Positions 25,001 through 37,772 are shown, counted from the first letter of the whole stretch. The stretch: DNA of 63,076 bases, filler included, from Sphacelaria rigidula (GCA_964200075.2; 4 parts of 4 records of this genome joined end to end with filler, not necessarily neighbours in it); one strand, 5' to 3'. Notes: a model not told the origin generated them from the sequence alone. Numbers and translations: made by a program.

Positions 25001-27400
25001 TTCTCTCCCCGAGTGTCACTGATGTGGTGTGTGGGCAGTGGGAACCGGGTTTGTGCCTGCATGCTTGCCCCGTCACTGAAGTGGGTACATATTTGTTACA
25101 CGAGACGGCGGGCTCTGAATTGTTTGTAATCACGGATGAGGAGGCGGGGTCGACCGGAGAGGATGATTCAGGGACTCCTGCGCTCACTTTAGAGGCGGCG
25201 GAAGCGTGTAACTTTGGGGAGCGGTTGTGTGCCAAGTCAGCAAGTAACTGGGCGCAAATACAACTTACTGATCTGATCGCTTGAACGACTGCCGTTTATC
25301 TCTCATAGGGAAAGACAACACTCTCGGAGGAAAAGGGGAGAGAGTTGGATAGCGGAATTGGTGAGAAAGGACTCCGAGCTCTGTTAATACAAGATGAATT
25401 GTTTGAGCTGGCGGACGGGGGGAAACTGCTGGTAAAACAGCTGCCCTTGGAGTCGGAGGATCGGAACTCGGGTATTTTTGAGCGATACCTCGGAGACGAA
25501 CCGGTGAGAACCTATGTCTCTTTGTTGTTGAGGTCCTGGGTAATGGACGAAATCCACAAAGAAGCAGTACACGTGGGGGGAAAAGTGACTCTCTCTCTTC
25601 TACAACCGTACTATTGGTGGATGGGGATGAAAGAAGTGTGACATTCTGGATTCGACGCTGTTACTCATGTCAGGCCACGAAATCTGATCGATATACGGTG
25701 CGGTGGCCCTTAGTCTCGCTGGCATTACCGAGTCGGCCAGGGCAAATGATAGCGTTTGATTTCCTTGGTCCGTTGCCGAATCGAAGAGGGGCAACAGACA
25801 CGTTTCCCTCATGGTGGATCTGTTTAGTAGGCACGCGAAAACTTACGCGATCACCCCCGAAGAGCACTCGGCTACCGGGTGCGCTGCAATCATAGTGGGG
25901 GATTATGTGCCACGATGGGGTTGCCCGCACACTTTCTTGTCGGATCGGGGGGCGGAGTTCACTTCCGCGGTGTGTAGCTTGATTTATGAAATGATGGGTG
26001 CGGTAAAACGGTTCACGAGCTCGTATCACCCTCGAACGAATGGGATGGTGGAGTGGTTGAACCACACTTTATGTCAATTGCTGTCTTATTTGGGACGATC
26101 AGAGCAACTAGGGTAACCTTTAATGCATGCGATCTCAGCACACAACAATAATATCAGTAGGGGTACCGGGTTGTCTCGAAATAAGGTACATATTGGACGC
26201 TACCTGCGCATGTCCATGACTATTCTGGAAGGTAGGGGGGTGCGGGGGCACCATAGTTTGAAGGACGATCAGTTGGATTATCTCCAGCTGATGAGAAATC
26301 GGCGGGTAAACGCGTACGAACTGGTGAGGCAAGATAATTTCTTTATCAAAGCAAAACATGAAGCCAAGAGCCAGGGTATTGAGGAAATGGCAAACCGCCG
26401 GCCAAAATGGCAAGCGAGCCAGTGAGTATTTGTGTATGATGACAAAAGCACCATCCCCGCGGGGGGTAAGGCGGTGCAGGTGGCGTCGAGTACAGCCCAG
26501 ACGTCTTTGGCGCTGTCAACGAAGCTGGCTCAGTGTTGGACGGGGCCATACAATATTTCATTGATGGGACCGGGGGTAACCTCGGAGGGTTAACAGGTGG
26601 GTGGGCATGTACTGTTGCTGAAGGTACGCTGAAACGAGTCAGGGGTCGACATGAATTCCAGGGTATCAGTGGCGAGGTGTCAGAGGTGTTATAACCCCCA
26701 TGAGGGACCAGAGGAACCGAGATTTCTGCCTTGGGGGCTTAGCCCATATATGATGAACAAATATTCCGAACGGTCGCCTCCTCTGCATCTTACGACGAAA
26801 GACGTCACGATGGAGTTGGACACTCACAGGATATTGCCGCATAAATTGGTGAAACACAGGCTGTCTCGGGGGGTGGGTGGTAAGCTGGCGGTACAATACC
26901 TCACGCATTGGGACGGTTTGGATGATCCTCGGTGGGAGTATGAAGCCGACCTTGTGCAGTACGACCGGCAGGTAATGCTGAAGTATTGGTTGGGCGAACC
27001 AACACAGGTAAAAGGTGACAATATGCAATACCGTAAATTTCGCATGCATTTGTCGCGGCACATAGCGGCGCACGAATGGGGTGGATATTAGGTGGCGCCA
27101 GGGTATAAGGTGTCGGGACGGAGGAAGGATGGGCCCGATGTCTACAACTCTGACATTGTGGGCTCTTACGTATATTTTAAAACGACTTCCGCAGGTTGGC
27201 AGCCGTCTGAGGTGGTGGGGCTCGAGGAAAACCCAGGTCAGCGGGAGTGTCCACACACTCTCCGCATGACGGACTTGGGGCGGGAATACGCTGTACATCT
27301 GAAGTGGGCCGCCCTCGATGAAAGCCGTGGTCAGCCGGGGGACTGGTGCTGGCATATGCACATGCTGCGCAAAACCACCAAAATTTCGCGCATGGTTGGT
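22090..27400 (+). pseudogene. pol pseudogene (protease, RT, RNase H, integrase, chromodomain)
   Basis: ALLDSGS (22109-22129); SSWSSPLVVVDKKDGGIR; YEWLVMPMG; YIDD (23854); FLGH; LRSLMGGLSYYRKFI; SDHQPL; NADMLS; HKEAVH..RCYSCQ; FDFLGPLP; VDLFSR; LSDRGAEF; YHPRTNGMVE; QYLTHWDGLDDPRWEYEADL. Many stops and frameshifts. Confidence 0.95.
22884..23132. mobile_element. MITE, TIR (G)ACACTTTCTACGATAGCCCCC, 4-bp TSD AGTC
   Basis: AGTC at 22880-22883 and 23133-23136. Removing the element and one TSD restores the pol frame (...AVLAV|EPPLPEPP...). Second copy at 58214-58466. Confidence 0.92.
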
Positions 27401-28235
27401 GAATCGGCAGCGATTTATGTTTGGTGTTGGAACTGGTGTGGGCACATTCCCATGCGGCGGAACCGCCGAATATTCGGCGTATGTGGGTGATGGGGCAGGA
27501 CGAATCGAGGTGGAACAAGACATGGTGGACGTGCAAGTTTTGATGTTGGGGATCTGGCAATCATGGAGGGGGGGCGCTATCCGGATCGTGGCGATGGGAG
27601 CTGGGCGGAGCGCTGCGAAGCTGCATGCAAGAACGAGCAGGAGGACGACGCAAACGGCTGTTGTAATGGCTGGAGCTTGGAGAAACCGCTGCTTTTCGCG
27701 TGGACTTCCTCTTGGTGGATTGAAATTTGGAGCCGGAGTTACCGCTGCTTTTCCGATTTCCTACTCCTTGCGAGCGGATGTGTCCGTAGGTAGTGACTCT
27801 GGAAAATAGTAGTAACATGGAATGTGCCTACTGTTTTCGGAATGTCTTCATTTGTCTTTTTTCTTGGTTTTTCTGTTGATTTACGTAGGATCTAGACAGG
27901 GTGATCGTACTCCCGACTGGTTTTATTTCGTCGTGGTTGAATATCGAGTCGAAGCTGTCATCTCCGTCGATTTCCCATTCCTTGGAGGCGGACATATCCG
28001 CAGTCAGTCGGTGTTTGGGGTCGGGATTGTATTTGTTAGATACAAAAGTAAAGTACGAACAAGCGGGGGGGGGTTAACAACCGAGCTCGTCCCGGTCTGT
28101 GTTGCTTGCACGAAGTAAGGTCCGACCATGGCCACACTTTGTGTACAAATGATGGGCTGATGTGGTGAGCTGAAATTTCAGTGGATTATTATTTTAGAAG
28201 ATAGCTGATGGAAACAGTAGTTGTGAGTATAGGGG

Positions 28236-28837
28236 TGTTATCAGAGAGAGGTATAGTGGAGCGTGACTGCAGTATCGCATTGGGGAGGCTTTGACATTTT
28301 TTACAGGGTTAGTACAGATACGTTTGATGTTGACGCTGATGCAGGAGAACTGCACAGACTGTGTTGATTCGGATGCGAGGGGGTCAAGAGTCTGGAATAT
28401 ATCCTTTGGCCAGGAGTGTCTGGTTGGATGCTTAGAAACGGTTGGGTGGCGAGTAGAGTAGCCGAGAGCTGTCTAGATAGCGGATAGAATGTGACGACCA
28501 GGTGTGGAGCATCTCCTCGTGGTGTTTTGGAGTGGGCCGTGCAGAGTTTGGCACGCCCCACCCGTCCAGTTCCCACCATCCCCACAGCAACTGGGCTTTG
28601 GTTTTCTGCAAGACTACAAGGTGCTAATCAAAGACTGATGAAACTCTACACGACTCGAGTGTTGGCTACTTTTCTCCAGCAACTACTACACCCTTCCACA
28701 AAGAGACATCCCCTGCTACCACCTCCGCAGCTCGCCTCAGCTCCAAGAGTTAGTCCCACAACAGCAGCACAGACACAAGAATCTACACGCGAGAAGAAGG
28801 AACCTCCGTGTCTCAAGAGAGAAGTTCAGGTTCCTCA
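28236..28837 (+). repeat. 3' LTR
   Basis: TG...CA, preceded by GAGTATAGGGG; direct repeat of 17949-18548. Confidence 0.9.
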
Positions 28838-29377
28838 GAGGGCGTCTCGGATCATGATACAAGCGCAGGTACTATTCCATCTGACGAGGAAAATAATATG
28901 GCGAAATATTAACAGACAAAAACGCTTTTTCTCACATGCCCTGGGAGGCCCCCGCCCCCCCCCCTTCTCACTTCCCTCATACTCAAGATCCACCCATCGT
29001 CGTGCGATGAAGATACGGGCACATGAGGGTTTATTTTTGGGATGCGCAGGTATTATTGGTACACTGTGTAGCTGTAGCTGCTCCGTTGTGTTCCGCCGAG
29101 AATGGTTTTCAGGTCGAGTCTTGCTCGGTTATGAGGCATCATTGCCCACAAGCTCATGTAACAGCGACTCCTGAAAAATGATGTTAATCTCAAAAATGAT
29201 GTTCAAGTGGTATATATTGTTTGCAGGGATGACACAAAACAGTAACACAGAGCGGAACCATCTTTCCTCCCCAAACTCCGCGACTGTGAATCATCAGTTG
29301 TGGCTAAATGCACCGAACGACTGCGGTGTACACGCGTGTCGATGACGATATTACCAGAGAGACAAGCAACGACAGAG

Positions 29378-29575
29378 AGGAAGCTCCTCGCCCGTGTCCT
29401 TCGTGTGCCCTTGCTGGGCGATTACCAATCACTTGAGATACTGTCATCATGCATGCTACCAGCACGTGCCGAATTTCTCATGTGCCTGTAGGTATCTCCA
29501 AAGCACATCGAGATGCGGAGAGTCTCTTTGTCTGTGGAGGTCACCAATGCGAAGATCGATTGCTCTCTGCCTCTT
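29378..29575 (+). repeat. Dispersed repeat, inverted relative to 15490-15696
   Basis: Shared blocks listed under 15490-15696. Confidence 0.75.
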
Positions 29576-29807
29576 TTTTTGGACAGGACGCGCTCCTGTG
29601 CGCTGAAAAAGTGGGCAAGGTTCTCGTCACCGCTACTGCTGTTCTCTGTCACACACTTGCCAGTAAGGACGGTGCGCTGCGCGGCAAAATAACAGATGAT
29701 CCAGTTTGAACTTGGGGGGTGTTATTCATGGTTGATTTTACCCGGTATGAACACAAGAGCCTGCCACAGGCCAGTTGGGGTGTGTGTGAAAGAGAGATCA
29801 AAAACTC

Positions 29808-30280
29808 GTGGAGACCTTCTTGACATTCGGGTTAAGAAAAGATACCTACGGTGGTGACCTGATTGTTGCTAGCGTGGTGCAGAGGGGTGCGTCAATTGCA
29901 ATCTGGAGCTTTTGTTGCTCTACTCCACTGGCTTCCGTCTGCACAGCTAGTAAGAACATGTTATCATGTACCCAAATTCGGAACAGCTACTATATGAAAC
30001 AAAACAGTTCGGTTTTCGAAACTACGTCGAGATCATTGAAATGGCGCTCCCTACTCGAGGAACTGGGGCTTCCCCGTCCCCCCGTCACGTATGAAACGAG
30101 GACGACAGAGTTTTTGGAAGTGCATGTAACGCCCACGGGGGAACGCAAAGTTTCTCGTGTATGAAAATCCCCGTTTTCCTACCTGCAAACACTTTCATGC
30201 CCGTTGCTTTCTAATAAGAACGTTAAACACTCGATTTGTGTTCCGTACTGTACTCATTGGCGGATGCCAATGGCAGCAGG
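29808..30280 (+). pseudogene. Degraded Copia RNase H fragment
   Basis: DTYGGDL (cf. DADYAGD), LKWRSLLEELG..PV (cf. WLR.LL.ELG), KNVKH and LADA in the expected order. Confidence 0.45.
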
Positions 30281-30803
30281 TTTGGTGGTGCTACTCGACA
30301 GTATCTTCGAACGTCTGAACGGACCTTGAAAGAAGCTCTTTGTCGACCCTTACCATGTACAGATCGCGTTTTATTGCCTGGCATGTCATGAACAGATGAC
30401 CTGCAATCGATTCCCACGGCTTGCTGTTGTCGCTTGGATGCATGTGGTGTCGCGTGAGACTCCCTCCGCCTGCAGCCATGTTACTCGGGGGCTCCGAATC
30501 GATTGTGGTGTTATAGACATAACTTGTATGCAAGAAGGCATCAGTCCACCACCAACCGACGACGGTGTTGGTCCCTGGCACAGTCACCGTTCGTTCGTCC
30601 ATTTCAACGCTGTTTTCAATGACGTCAATGCCCCGTCGCCCGTTTCCGTCCGTCGACGATAATTTTGTGCTGCGCAGGTATGACAGACAGACAAGGCAAC
30701 TTCGGCGGTCATGGAGCATGTTCTCGTCGACTTGCCGTGGTACATACAGCTGGTGCAGGGCAAACATGGAGGCTGGGACATATCATTTGACAAGCTGACG
30801 AAC

Positions 30804-31109
30804 AACAACTTTTTCGTGAGATTGAGAGTAGAGGATACGATCGAGAGTGAAAAGCGGTCAATTAATTAATAATGGAACGCTTCAGTTCCGAAATGCCCTT
30901 CCACGAGGCCCGATATGCTTTCTGTAGTAGCTTGTCACTGAGGCCGTCGATATCCCTGAGAAGGATGTCGACGTGTAGCTGTAAGCACACGCCAGTGATG
31001 GAGGCGAAGAAAAGCACACACGGAATGAAAAAAAGAGCGAAGTTGAAGCGAATGACCAAAGCCACTCTCAATCAGCGCTCTACTCTCAATCTCACGAATA
31101 CGCTGTTGA
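30804..31109. mobile_element. Dispersed MITE family copy 2, both TIRs present
   Basis: CAAC..TTCGTGAGATTGAGAGTAGAG ... CTCTACTCTCAATCTCACGAATACGCTGTTG. Confidence 0.8.
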
Positions 31110-31491
31110 AGCCGTTTCACGCGGGAAGAGATCCTCGATGCTTCAAATTAGCTTGTACGGAGGTTATTCCGTGTGACCTGCATCTGAGCCAAATCTTTTC
31201 TATCGATAAAGAATGGTGGAAAACAAGATTTGCGACCTGATACGTCGTGGTGTCAGCTGCTTGGGCAGTACATGTAGTTGAAACCAGGGATGTTCATGTC
31301 TCGGAACCGGTTCGGCACCGGTCCCGGGTGGCCACGATAAGTTCATGGAAACTTTGCGGTTATTTTTTAGTCTTCAGCCCCCCCCTCACCTGGAAGCCCC
31401 CTACCCCTCCGAGGTCAAAAAGATGTGGAGAATGGTGAAGAAGATGACAGAATGTGCCAAAAGTGCCATGATGTTAGACGGGGAATTATCG

Positions 31492-31591
31492 NNNNNNNNN
31501 NNNNNNNNNNNNNNNNNNNNNNNNNNNNNNNNNNNTTAATTAATTAANNNNNNNNNNNNNNNNNNNNNNNNNNNNNNNNNNNNNNNNNNNN
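31492..31591. other. Assembly gap with artificial linker
   Basis: N44-TTAATTAATTAA-N44. Confidence 0.97.
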
Positions 31592-31664
31592 CCGGCAAGC
31601 GTCATCGAGCCGTCACGATTCACCGTGATGGCGGCCACCTCAACCCTCGCCGTACCCCTGCCCT

Positions 31665-31910
31665 ACAGTGGAGAGCGACTATGTCGTGTGTACACAACAT
31701 TCGACTTAACGATCGACGAGGGAAAGGGACCGCTGAACCCCTCTCGCGATAAAAAAAGGCAAGCACCGCAGAAGGAGGGTGAGATATTAATAACAAATAA
31801 AAAAGAAAAAACTCCTGTATTGACCTTCCTCCTGTGCAGCCCCAGCTGATGCGCCCACATATTCCGAAAGGTGTAAACTGGTGCCCAGAATAAATGGGAC
31901 GACAACACAC
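31665..31910 (+). mobile_element. SINE body copy lacking a recognisable tRNA head
   Basis: Collinear with 50449-50720 (GAGAGCGACTATGTCGTG, TTCGACTTAACG, GGCAAGCACCGCAGAAGGA, TTGACCTTCCTCCTGTG, GCCCAGAATA). Confidence 0.75.
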
Positions 31911-32356
31911 AGAACCAAACAGGAAGACCAGGGAACGCAATACTCACACAAGCACCCTGATGAGCCCCTTCTCCCCATGACCCTTCACACCATGCACGCA
32001 GAACCACTCCTTGATCGCCTCCTGACTTGTCGTGGTGCGGCCGCACTGCTTAAGCACACCCTCTAGTTTTCCCAGCACCTGCGATTCAAACTGCGACTCT
32101 TGTGCGCGAGCCTGGTGCGGAGCAGTAAGGCATGCGGGGGGAAAGAAAGGGAGGCACACCAAGGTACCATGCCGCAACATCATCCTCTCGTTCATTCGAG
32201 CGTGGTCCTTGCTCGGCATGAGACCAAGGGACAGACGAATCGTGCGAGGCCGCTTCTTGGTTGTCCTAGGAAAGAATCATCTGCCTGAGGACAATGTTAC
32301 AGTGAGTACAGAGTATGTGAATCCTGCTCCTCTCACAAGCATGTGTTGGTAAAACT

Positions 32357-32496
32357 GCACCCCCTGGACATAAGAATACATTGTCAAAAAGTGTACTACG
32401 TACAGTATCGACTACTGCATCTGCTGCATTAGACAATATATTCCGAACTATACGCAGTACACTTTTTGACAATGTAATCTGTTGTCCAGGGTGTGT
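32357..32496. mobile_element. Small foldback MITE (CACCCTGGAC...GTCCAGGGTG)
   Basis: Palindromic arms ACATTGTCAAAAAGTGTACT / AGTACACTTTTTGACAATGT. Inverted copy at 57670-57807. Confidence 0.8.
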
Positions 32497-35400
32497 GAAA
32501 TTGCGAGCCCACATATACTACTGTATGTCGGAAATGATAATCTCCAGTTTTCATCATCAACGCTGCAGTATTATGAAAACACCCAAACGTTTCCGGCGCA
32601 TTGATTGATCCATTCATTCATTATCTCACACTAGCTGATTGCAACAATCCAGCCCGTGGTCAGGAGCAGCAAAAAAAAACAGCAAAATAAAAGAAAAAAG
32701 ACGCATGCGTTAGTTTCAAGACTTTGTGCCTCGAAGTCGCGGCCACGGTAGCGCCATGCAAGGCCACGCGTTCTGCATTTCGTAGATACAGTTGGAAGTA
32801 ATCGTGAAACCGTCATCGGACCACAACATGAACGGGGTAGATTGGACGCGCATAGGTGAGTCGGCCGACCTCCACTCTTGTTTTTTCGAAAGTGGGGAAG
32901 AACTGATCGCCAGCAAAGCACCGGACAAGAGCAAGAATTTCGGAGGTGTACGGAAACTCACGTAGCATATCACTCCATGCTATTCTCGAAGCAATCGCGA
33001 AACTAACTCCTGATATTCAAAAGCCGTGGCGCGACTTGCTGCAGCTAGTTTCGAGTGACGCGACGTTCCACAGACCGAGCAAGTTATCCAAGTTAACCCT
33101 TGAAGAGCGAGAATAGGTTATTTTCCCCAATCGGCACCAATTACGCTTCAAGAAAATATGCATAATCAAGATGGACTACCCCCTCGCGGTCCAAGGAGTC
33201 AAGTGGAAAATGCAAACTACTAGTGATGAGTAATCACACCCCCTGGAGTAGCCTACGTTGCAAGATAAGTTAGCCGATGAGCGACGCCGACCACGTTAGT
33301 TGTGGTCAACGACGGTTGGACACAGAACTGACAACACAGAATAGGACAGGCGAACGCGAAACCCGGGTGCAATCCCTTCACTTCGTTAAGCTCGACCCGG
33401 ATTTATGGCCAGCAGTACTTGCGGGAGATACGGGATTTCAGCTGTACCGCGAATTACCAGGCGCTAAACGCTAACATGGAGAATTCACACATTTGCCGAT
33501 ACAGCTGAGGCGTGTGGGGAGAACCGCAGGCGTATCGGTACTCCCTGAAGGGGGACTACTACGCTGCGTCCCTGTCGACTTGGCCAGAAAATCAACGTGG
33601 AGCACGATTCCGGCTGAGCACGAGCGAAATGAAAGACTAAGAGAAGTGGGCACTCATTGTCAAAGACGGGGCCCGAGCAAAAGCGAACTGGGGTCTCGGG
33701 ATATTGAACGTCGGCGCCAAGTTGACGGCATTAACTCACAAAGCCAGTTGTATGTCTGGATGTCGCCTGCGCCCTGCCGCAACAGATATCTGAAACTGCC
33801 CAATATTTTCCGGGGTGTGTAAGAGCCAACACGGGGAAAAGGTCAGCGAATATACATCATCCCACAATTGAACCACGACATGGACGCGCAAGTCGCGACA
33901 GGGCCAGGCAGCAATGTTTTCAGTGTTTTTCTAACCGGAACGGATGGCGATCATCGGGACGGACCTGTCTCATCGGGACGGAAAGAAATCGGTTTCCAGA
34001 ATCGGAGCAAATCTTTGGATCCATGGCGTTCCTTGTGGTGATTGGTCCGACGTCTCTTTGCTGGTATCAAAAAAGGGATGACAATGGACACAACACCCAC
34101 ACACACCGCACCAGGGGAAAAATACATCAAGGCACCCGCCAGACACTCGCATTAGCTTCAGCGCCAGCCCTTGCTCATCGACACACAGCAGTCTTGGCTC
34201 GACAAAAACCCGTTCAGTATCGAAAGAAGGGTGACCGCGTGCGTGTCATTTCTTCAACCGAGTTACGCGCTGTTGGCCACCCCCAGTACGGGTATTTTCG
34301 GTAAGCGTCCGACACAAACCATCGCTCCTCACTCAATTTTTGAACAAATTCGACATCAACACCAAGGGCGCTGTATTCAGCTGATCGGCAGCCACGTCTC
34401 GAGCTATATGTTCTCGTTCAGTCGGCGGGTGGGGGGGCGGGGTCTGTGGGGCGCTCAGATTCATGTAGCTGTGCTATCAGTGTCCATGATGCTCTCTGGG
34501 GTGAGCTGATCCCCTGTTTGCGCAAATATCTCAATTACGTTCACACAGAGGCTTTTTCAAATCGGTATGTGCCAACACATCTTCATTATTCCTCCTTTGC
34601 GGGAATTGGTTCACAGTATTCAAGGACCGGACGAATTAATGACTGGTCTCGAAATGACTTGATTTTAGTGCGATTGATTCGTACCGTACGAATCAATCCT
34701 TTGGCCTTGTTTTCAGCGCTGCAACCCAGGTACGCGTAGCCTGGGCACGTAAAATGGCGCAAAAATTGTGTGAAGACCTCTTTGACCACCGGTAAATTTT
34801 TTTCCCCTCTTTCGAACAATCAGGCGTCAAAAATTGTGGATTTGGTGATTCGAATCGGAGATAATTTGTCCGGACCGTGATAGTATCGCATCCGTCATTA
34901 TGAGCCACGCATACGTAGCACAACTAGTTTTGATCGAAAACGATCTTGGCTCTGATGAGGTGTTTAGACGAGAAAAAACAATGACGGTCGAATTTCGATG
35001 GGTTGCAATGAGGTCCGGCATCGGCGGCGAAACCGCTACAAAGAAAAATCAAGGTATACCGACTTATGACGACCGACAGTTGACAAATTTCAGCTGATCC
35101 AGGAGGTCAAAACTGACCAACAGACTTACACTGCCCCCATTAGCGGGGTTCGGTGGCGTTCACGAGAGCTCTTACTTATACACGTATAAATGTGCTTGCT
35201 GCGGCTTCGATCAGTCAAGATTCGAGTTTGTACTCGCTGTTTTCGTTAAACAACATGGCACCAGCCGTGTCAAGGCTGCACATGGTGACGGAAAGACTGG
35301 TCGTACACAACCTGTTCACACAAGTTGTTGATGCCCGCGCAACACGGAACCAGGCGCACTCGATTGAAGCACCTCGTAGCTCTTATAGAGCCTGGCGATC

Positions 35401-37656
35401 CATATGCGATGCAATATACCCCCGAAATGTTCGGGACATGTTCGCATTTCGGAACTTTCCGACGCGCACAGTGACCTCTACTGGTCGGTATTCGTTTCTT
35501 TGTTCTTCTTCGGTCCTCTGTTCATGTGCCCACGTTTCCACAAATTGCGTCCAAACCTTCGATTTTGAGCAACTGCTGGTATGTATCTTCCTAGGAATGG
35601 TAGAATGAAAACCGGTTGACTCGCGGTTCAGGGCAGCGAACCGATATCAGCACATCATTTACTTCTGGTTTTCGATCGATAAATTTGACCGAGCAGGGAA
35701 TGGAACTTCAGATCTGGGTAATGCATCTGTATCATATTCCTTCCGCCTTTGGTTCCGGTTCAGGTCAGTTGATTGAGATCGAGATTACTAGTTCGACAAA
35801 TATGGAGGCCTTCGTGGACCCACCGCGCCGACTGAAAATCGGAAGTCGCATGCGCTATTCGATTTTTCCATGTTGAAATAAGGCTCGGCACCCGCAGCGA
35901 AAACGCTGCAGGTATGCTTGAGATTCGCTCATCATGACCAAGGCGATCCGGGGGGGTCAAACGCTGTCAGATAATCGCACCGATCCCCAAGCCGTCCTCG
36001 ATAGCCCTGGCTGTACTGTCAATTTACCACGTGTAATGTGCTTGTTTTTTTCTTTGATCTCAAGATAAATCAGATCGTGGTAACTGTTCTGCACAGCGCA
36101 AATAACCCCGAAACGGAACACATCATTAACGCCTGCCCAACGCGCGTTCTACTGGGGGGGGGAGAGGTCTGTCACGAACATTAGATCGCATGCCCTACAC
36201 TTGTCAAGAACACTTCTCAGGATGGTACACGGATTCACACTTGAATGGATCAGAAAAGCTTCTGCCGGGCAGTGGCAATCACGAACTTTTTGTAAGCAGG
36301 GCTCTTCGATAAGAGCGTTGCACTCATCATTTTTAGAAAAATGTCCGCATCTCCCGAGAGCTCGGAAAATCGAAGACAAAGTGGTTGCGATCCAGGGTAG
36401 CGGGTCAATCAGACATGTGTTGTGTGGTATCGGCATGCTACACTACTAGACCACGCACAGCCCTGTCAGCGCAGTCGGGTGCGCGTAGAGCGGTTGTAGT
36501 ACGAGTAGTTAACCGTGCTGAGTAATGTATGCGGCACAGTGTGGTGAAGTACACATACCGACGATCCGCATAAAGAACGATTAACACAACTGCGCTGCGT
36601 CGACTGTGGAAACAGCTGCTACGAGACTGCAGAATGAAGAGTATTGCGAGTAATATACTACAATATGAAAAAGAGGAACACGACGACTGAGTCCCGTGAG
36701 CTTGCACAGTACCGACCGATAATTCCGCGCACAGCTGTACTCTGTCATATAGACGTGACTGCTGTCGTACATATTATATATATATATATACCCAGTACTG
36801 TTGTTTACTTCAATCCCGCGGATGAAGACGACCCGAAATTAGAAAGCAGAGACTGACCTCGCGAGTGCTTGCAGATTGACCGAAGCCGAGACGACGTTCG
36901 GGAGCAGCCTTGAGCCTGTATGCTGAAAGTGAAATCCTCGACATGATTCACACACACCTCGCCCTTGAAAGTAAATGGAATCTACGGGCCCTCGTAACAG
37001 CGGAGCGCTGAATACTGTGCAACACGCCGCACACAACCAACTGTGTGCGGCTTTCGCTGTGTCCCGCCGCACTACACGGTAGCCAGGAGCTGCCCACTAT
37101 TTTGCCGGGTTCGTATCTGGCAGAAGTACATGGAGGGAAATGGGACGGCAGAGAAGGGGGCGAGGACAAATGAGGGTCATCCCTGACTACGAAGCAAGTT
37201 TCACGCATCCTCTTTCAATATCACTGCTGCTGGAAGTGTTGTTGCTACTGCATCGAACGCACCGAAAAGACAAGATAGCCTTCTTGTGAGTCTCGAGTGT
37301 TCGCGAGTCGACCGACGTGTGAGGGGTTACGAAGCGAGACAGTGAAACAGGAGGAAATCGAGCCTCTTCAATGGTAGTATCTTGCTAGAGCACGTGAGCA
37401 ATTCACATGAACCAATATATATATAACAATACCTTGGCACCAGTTGTCATCAGTTCCTGTTCCTCCTGCCCGCCCATGAGACAACGACCATATGCCTCAC
37501 AGTAACACGCACACTGCTTGGCAAAGGAGCTAGGACGCCCTACTTCCCGGTAAATATACTATTGCCATTTTCCAATTACTTCTCGTTGCCTCATGGTCAT
37601 TGTTCTAAACAGGAGTGAGTCTGAAAGGCCAACCAGCTACCTGGGTAAAAAGGACA

Positions 37657-37772
37657 ATGGCAACAGGACGGGAGGACTGGGTTTTGCAGCGGTGGACTTC
37701 TCTGTGTGAGGATATAGGCGTGACGATATCGCTGGAGAATAGATGGAAAGAGGTCATCCGATCGGGATACAG
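37657..37772 (+). CDS. HD phosphohydrolase exon 1
   Basis: MATGREDWVLQRWTSLCEDIGVTISLENRWKEVIRSGY-AG|gtttga. Confidence 0.75.

Larger units (their letters stand above)
17949..28837 (+). mobile_element. Full-length decayed Ty3/Gypsy LTR retrotransposon with chromodomain
   Basis: Two ~600-bp LTRs (TGTTATCAG...GTTCCTYA) and a PBS-like TGG motif. Domain order is gag(CCHC)-PR-RT-RH-INT-chromo. Purine-rich tract before the 3' LTR. Confidence 0.95.

Noticed and set aside
26666-27523. 285-aa antisense ORF in the Gypsy element
   Set aside because: Shadow of the GC-rich sense coding region; no recognisable motif.
17944-28842. AAGGG/GAGGG as the 5-bp TSD of the Gypsy element
   Set aside because: 4/5 match, but the left flank is part of a 24-bp match to the pre-3'-LTR PPT region, so coincidence is at least as likely.
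28491-29174. 227-aa ORF and its twin at 18211-18873 as a duplicated gene
   Set aside because: The shared part is LTR sequence; no protein motif.
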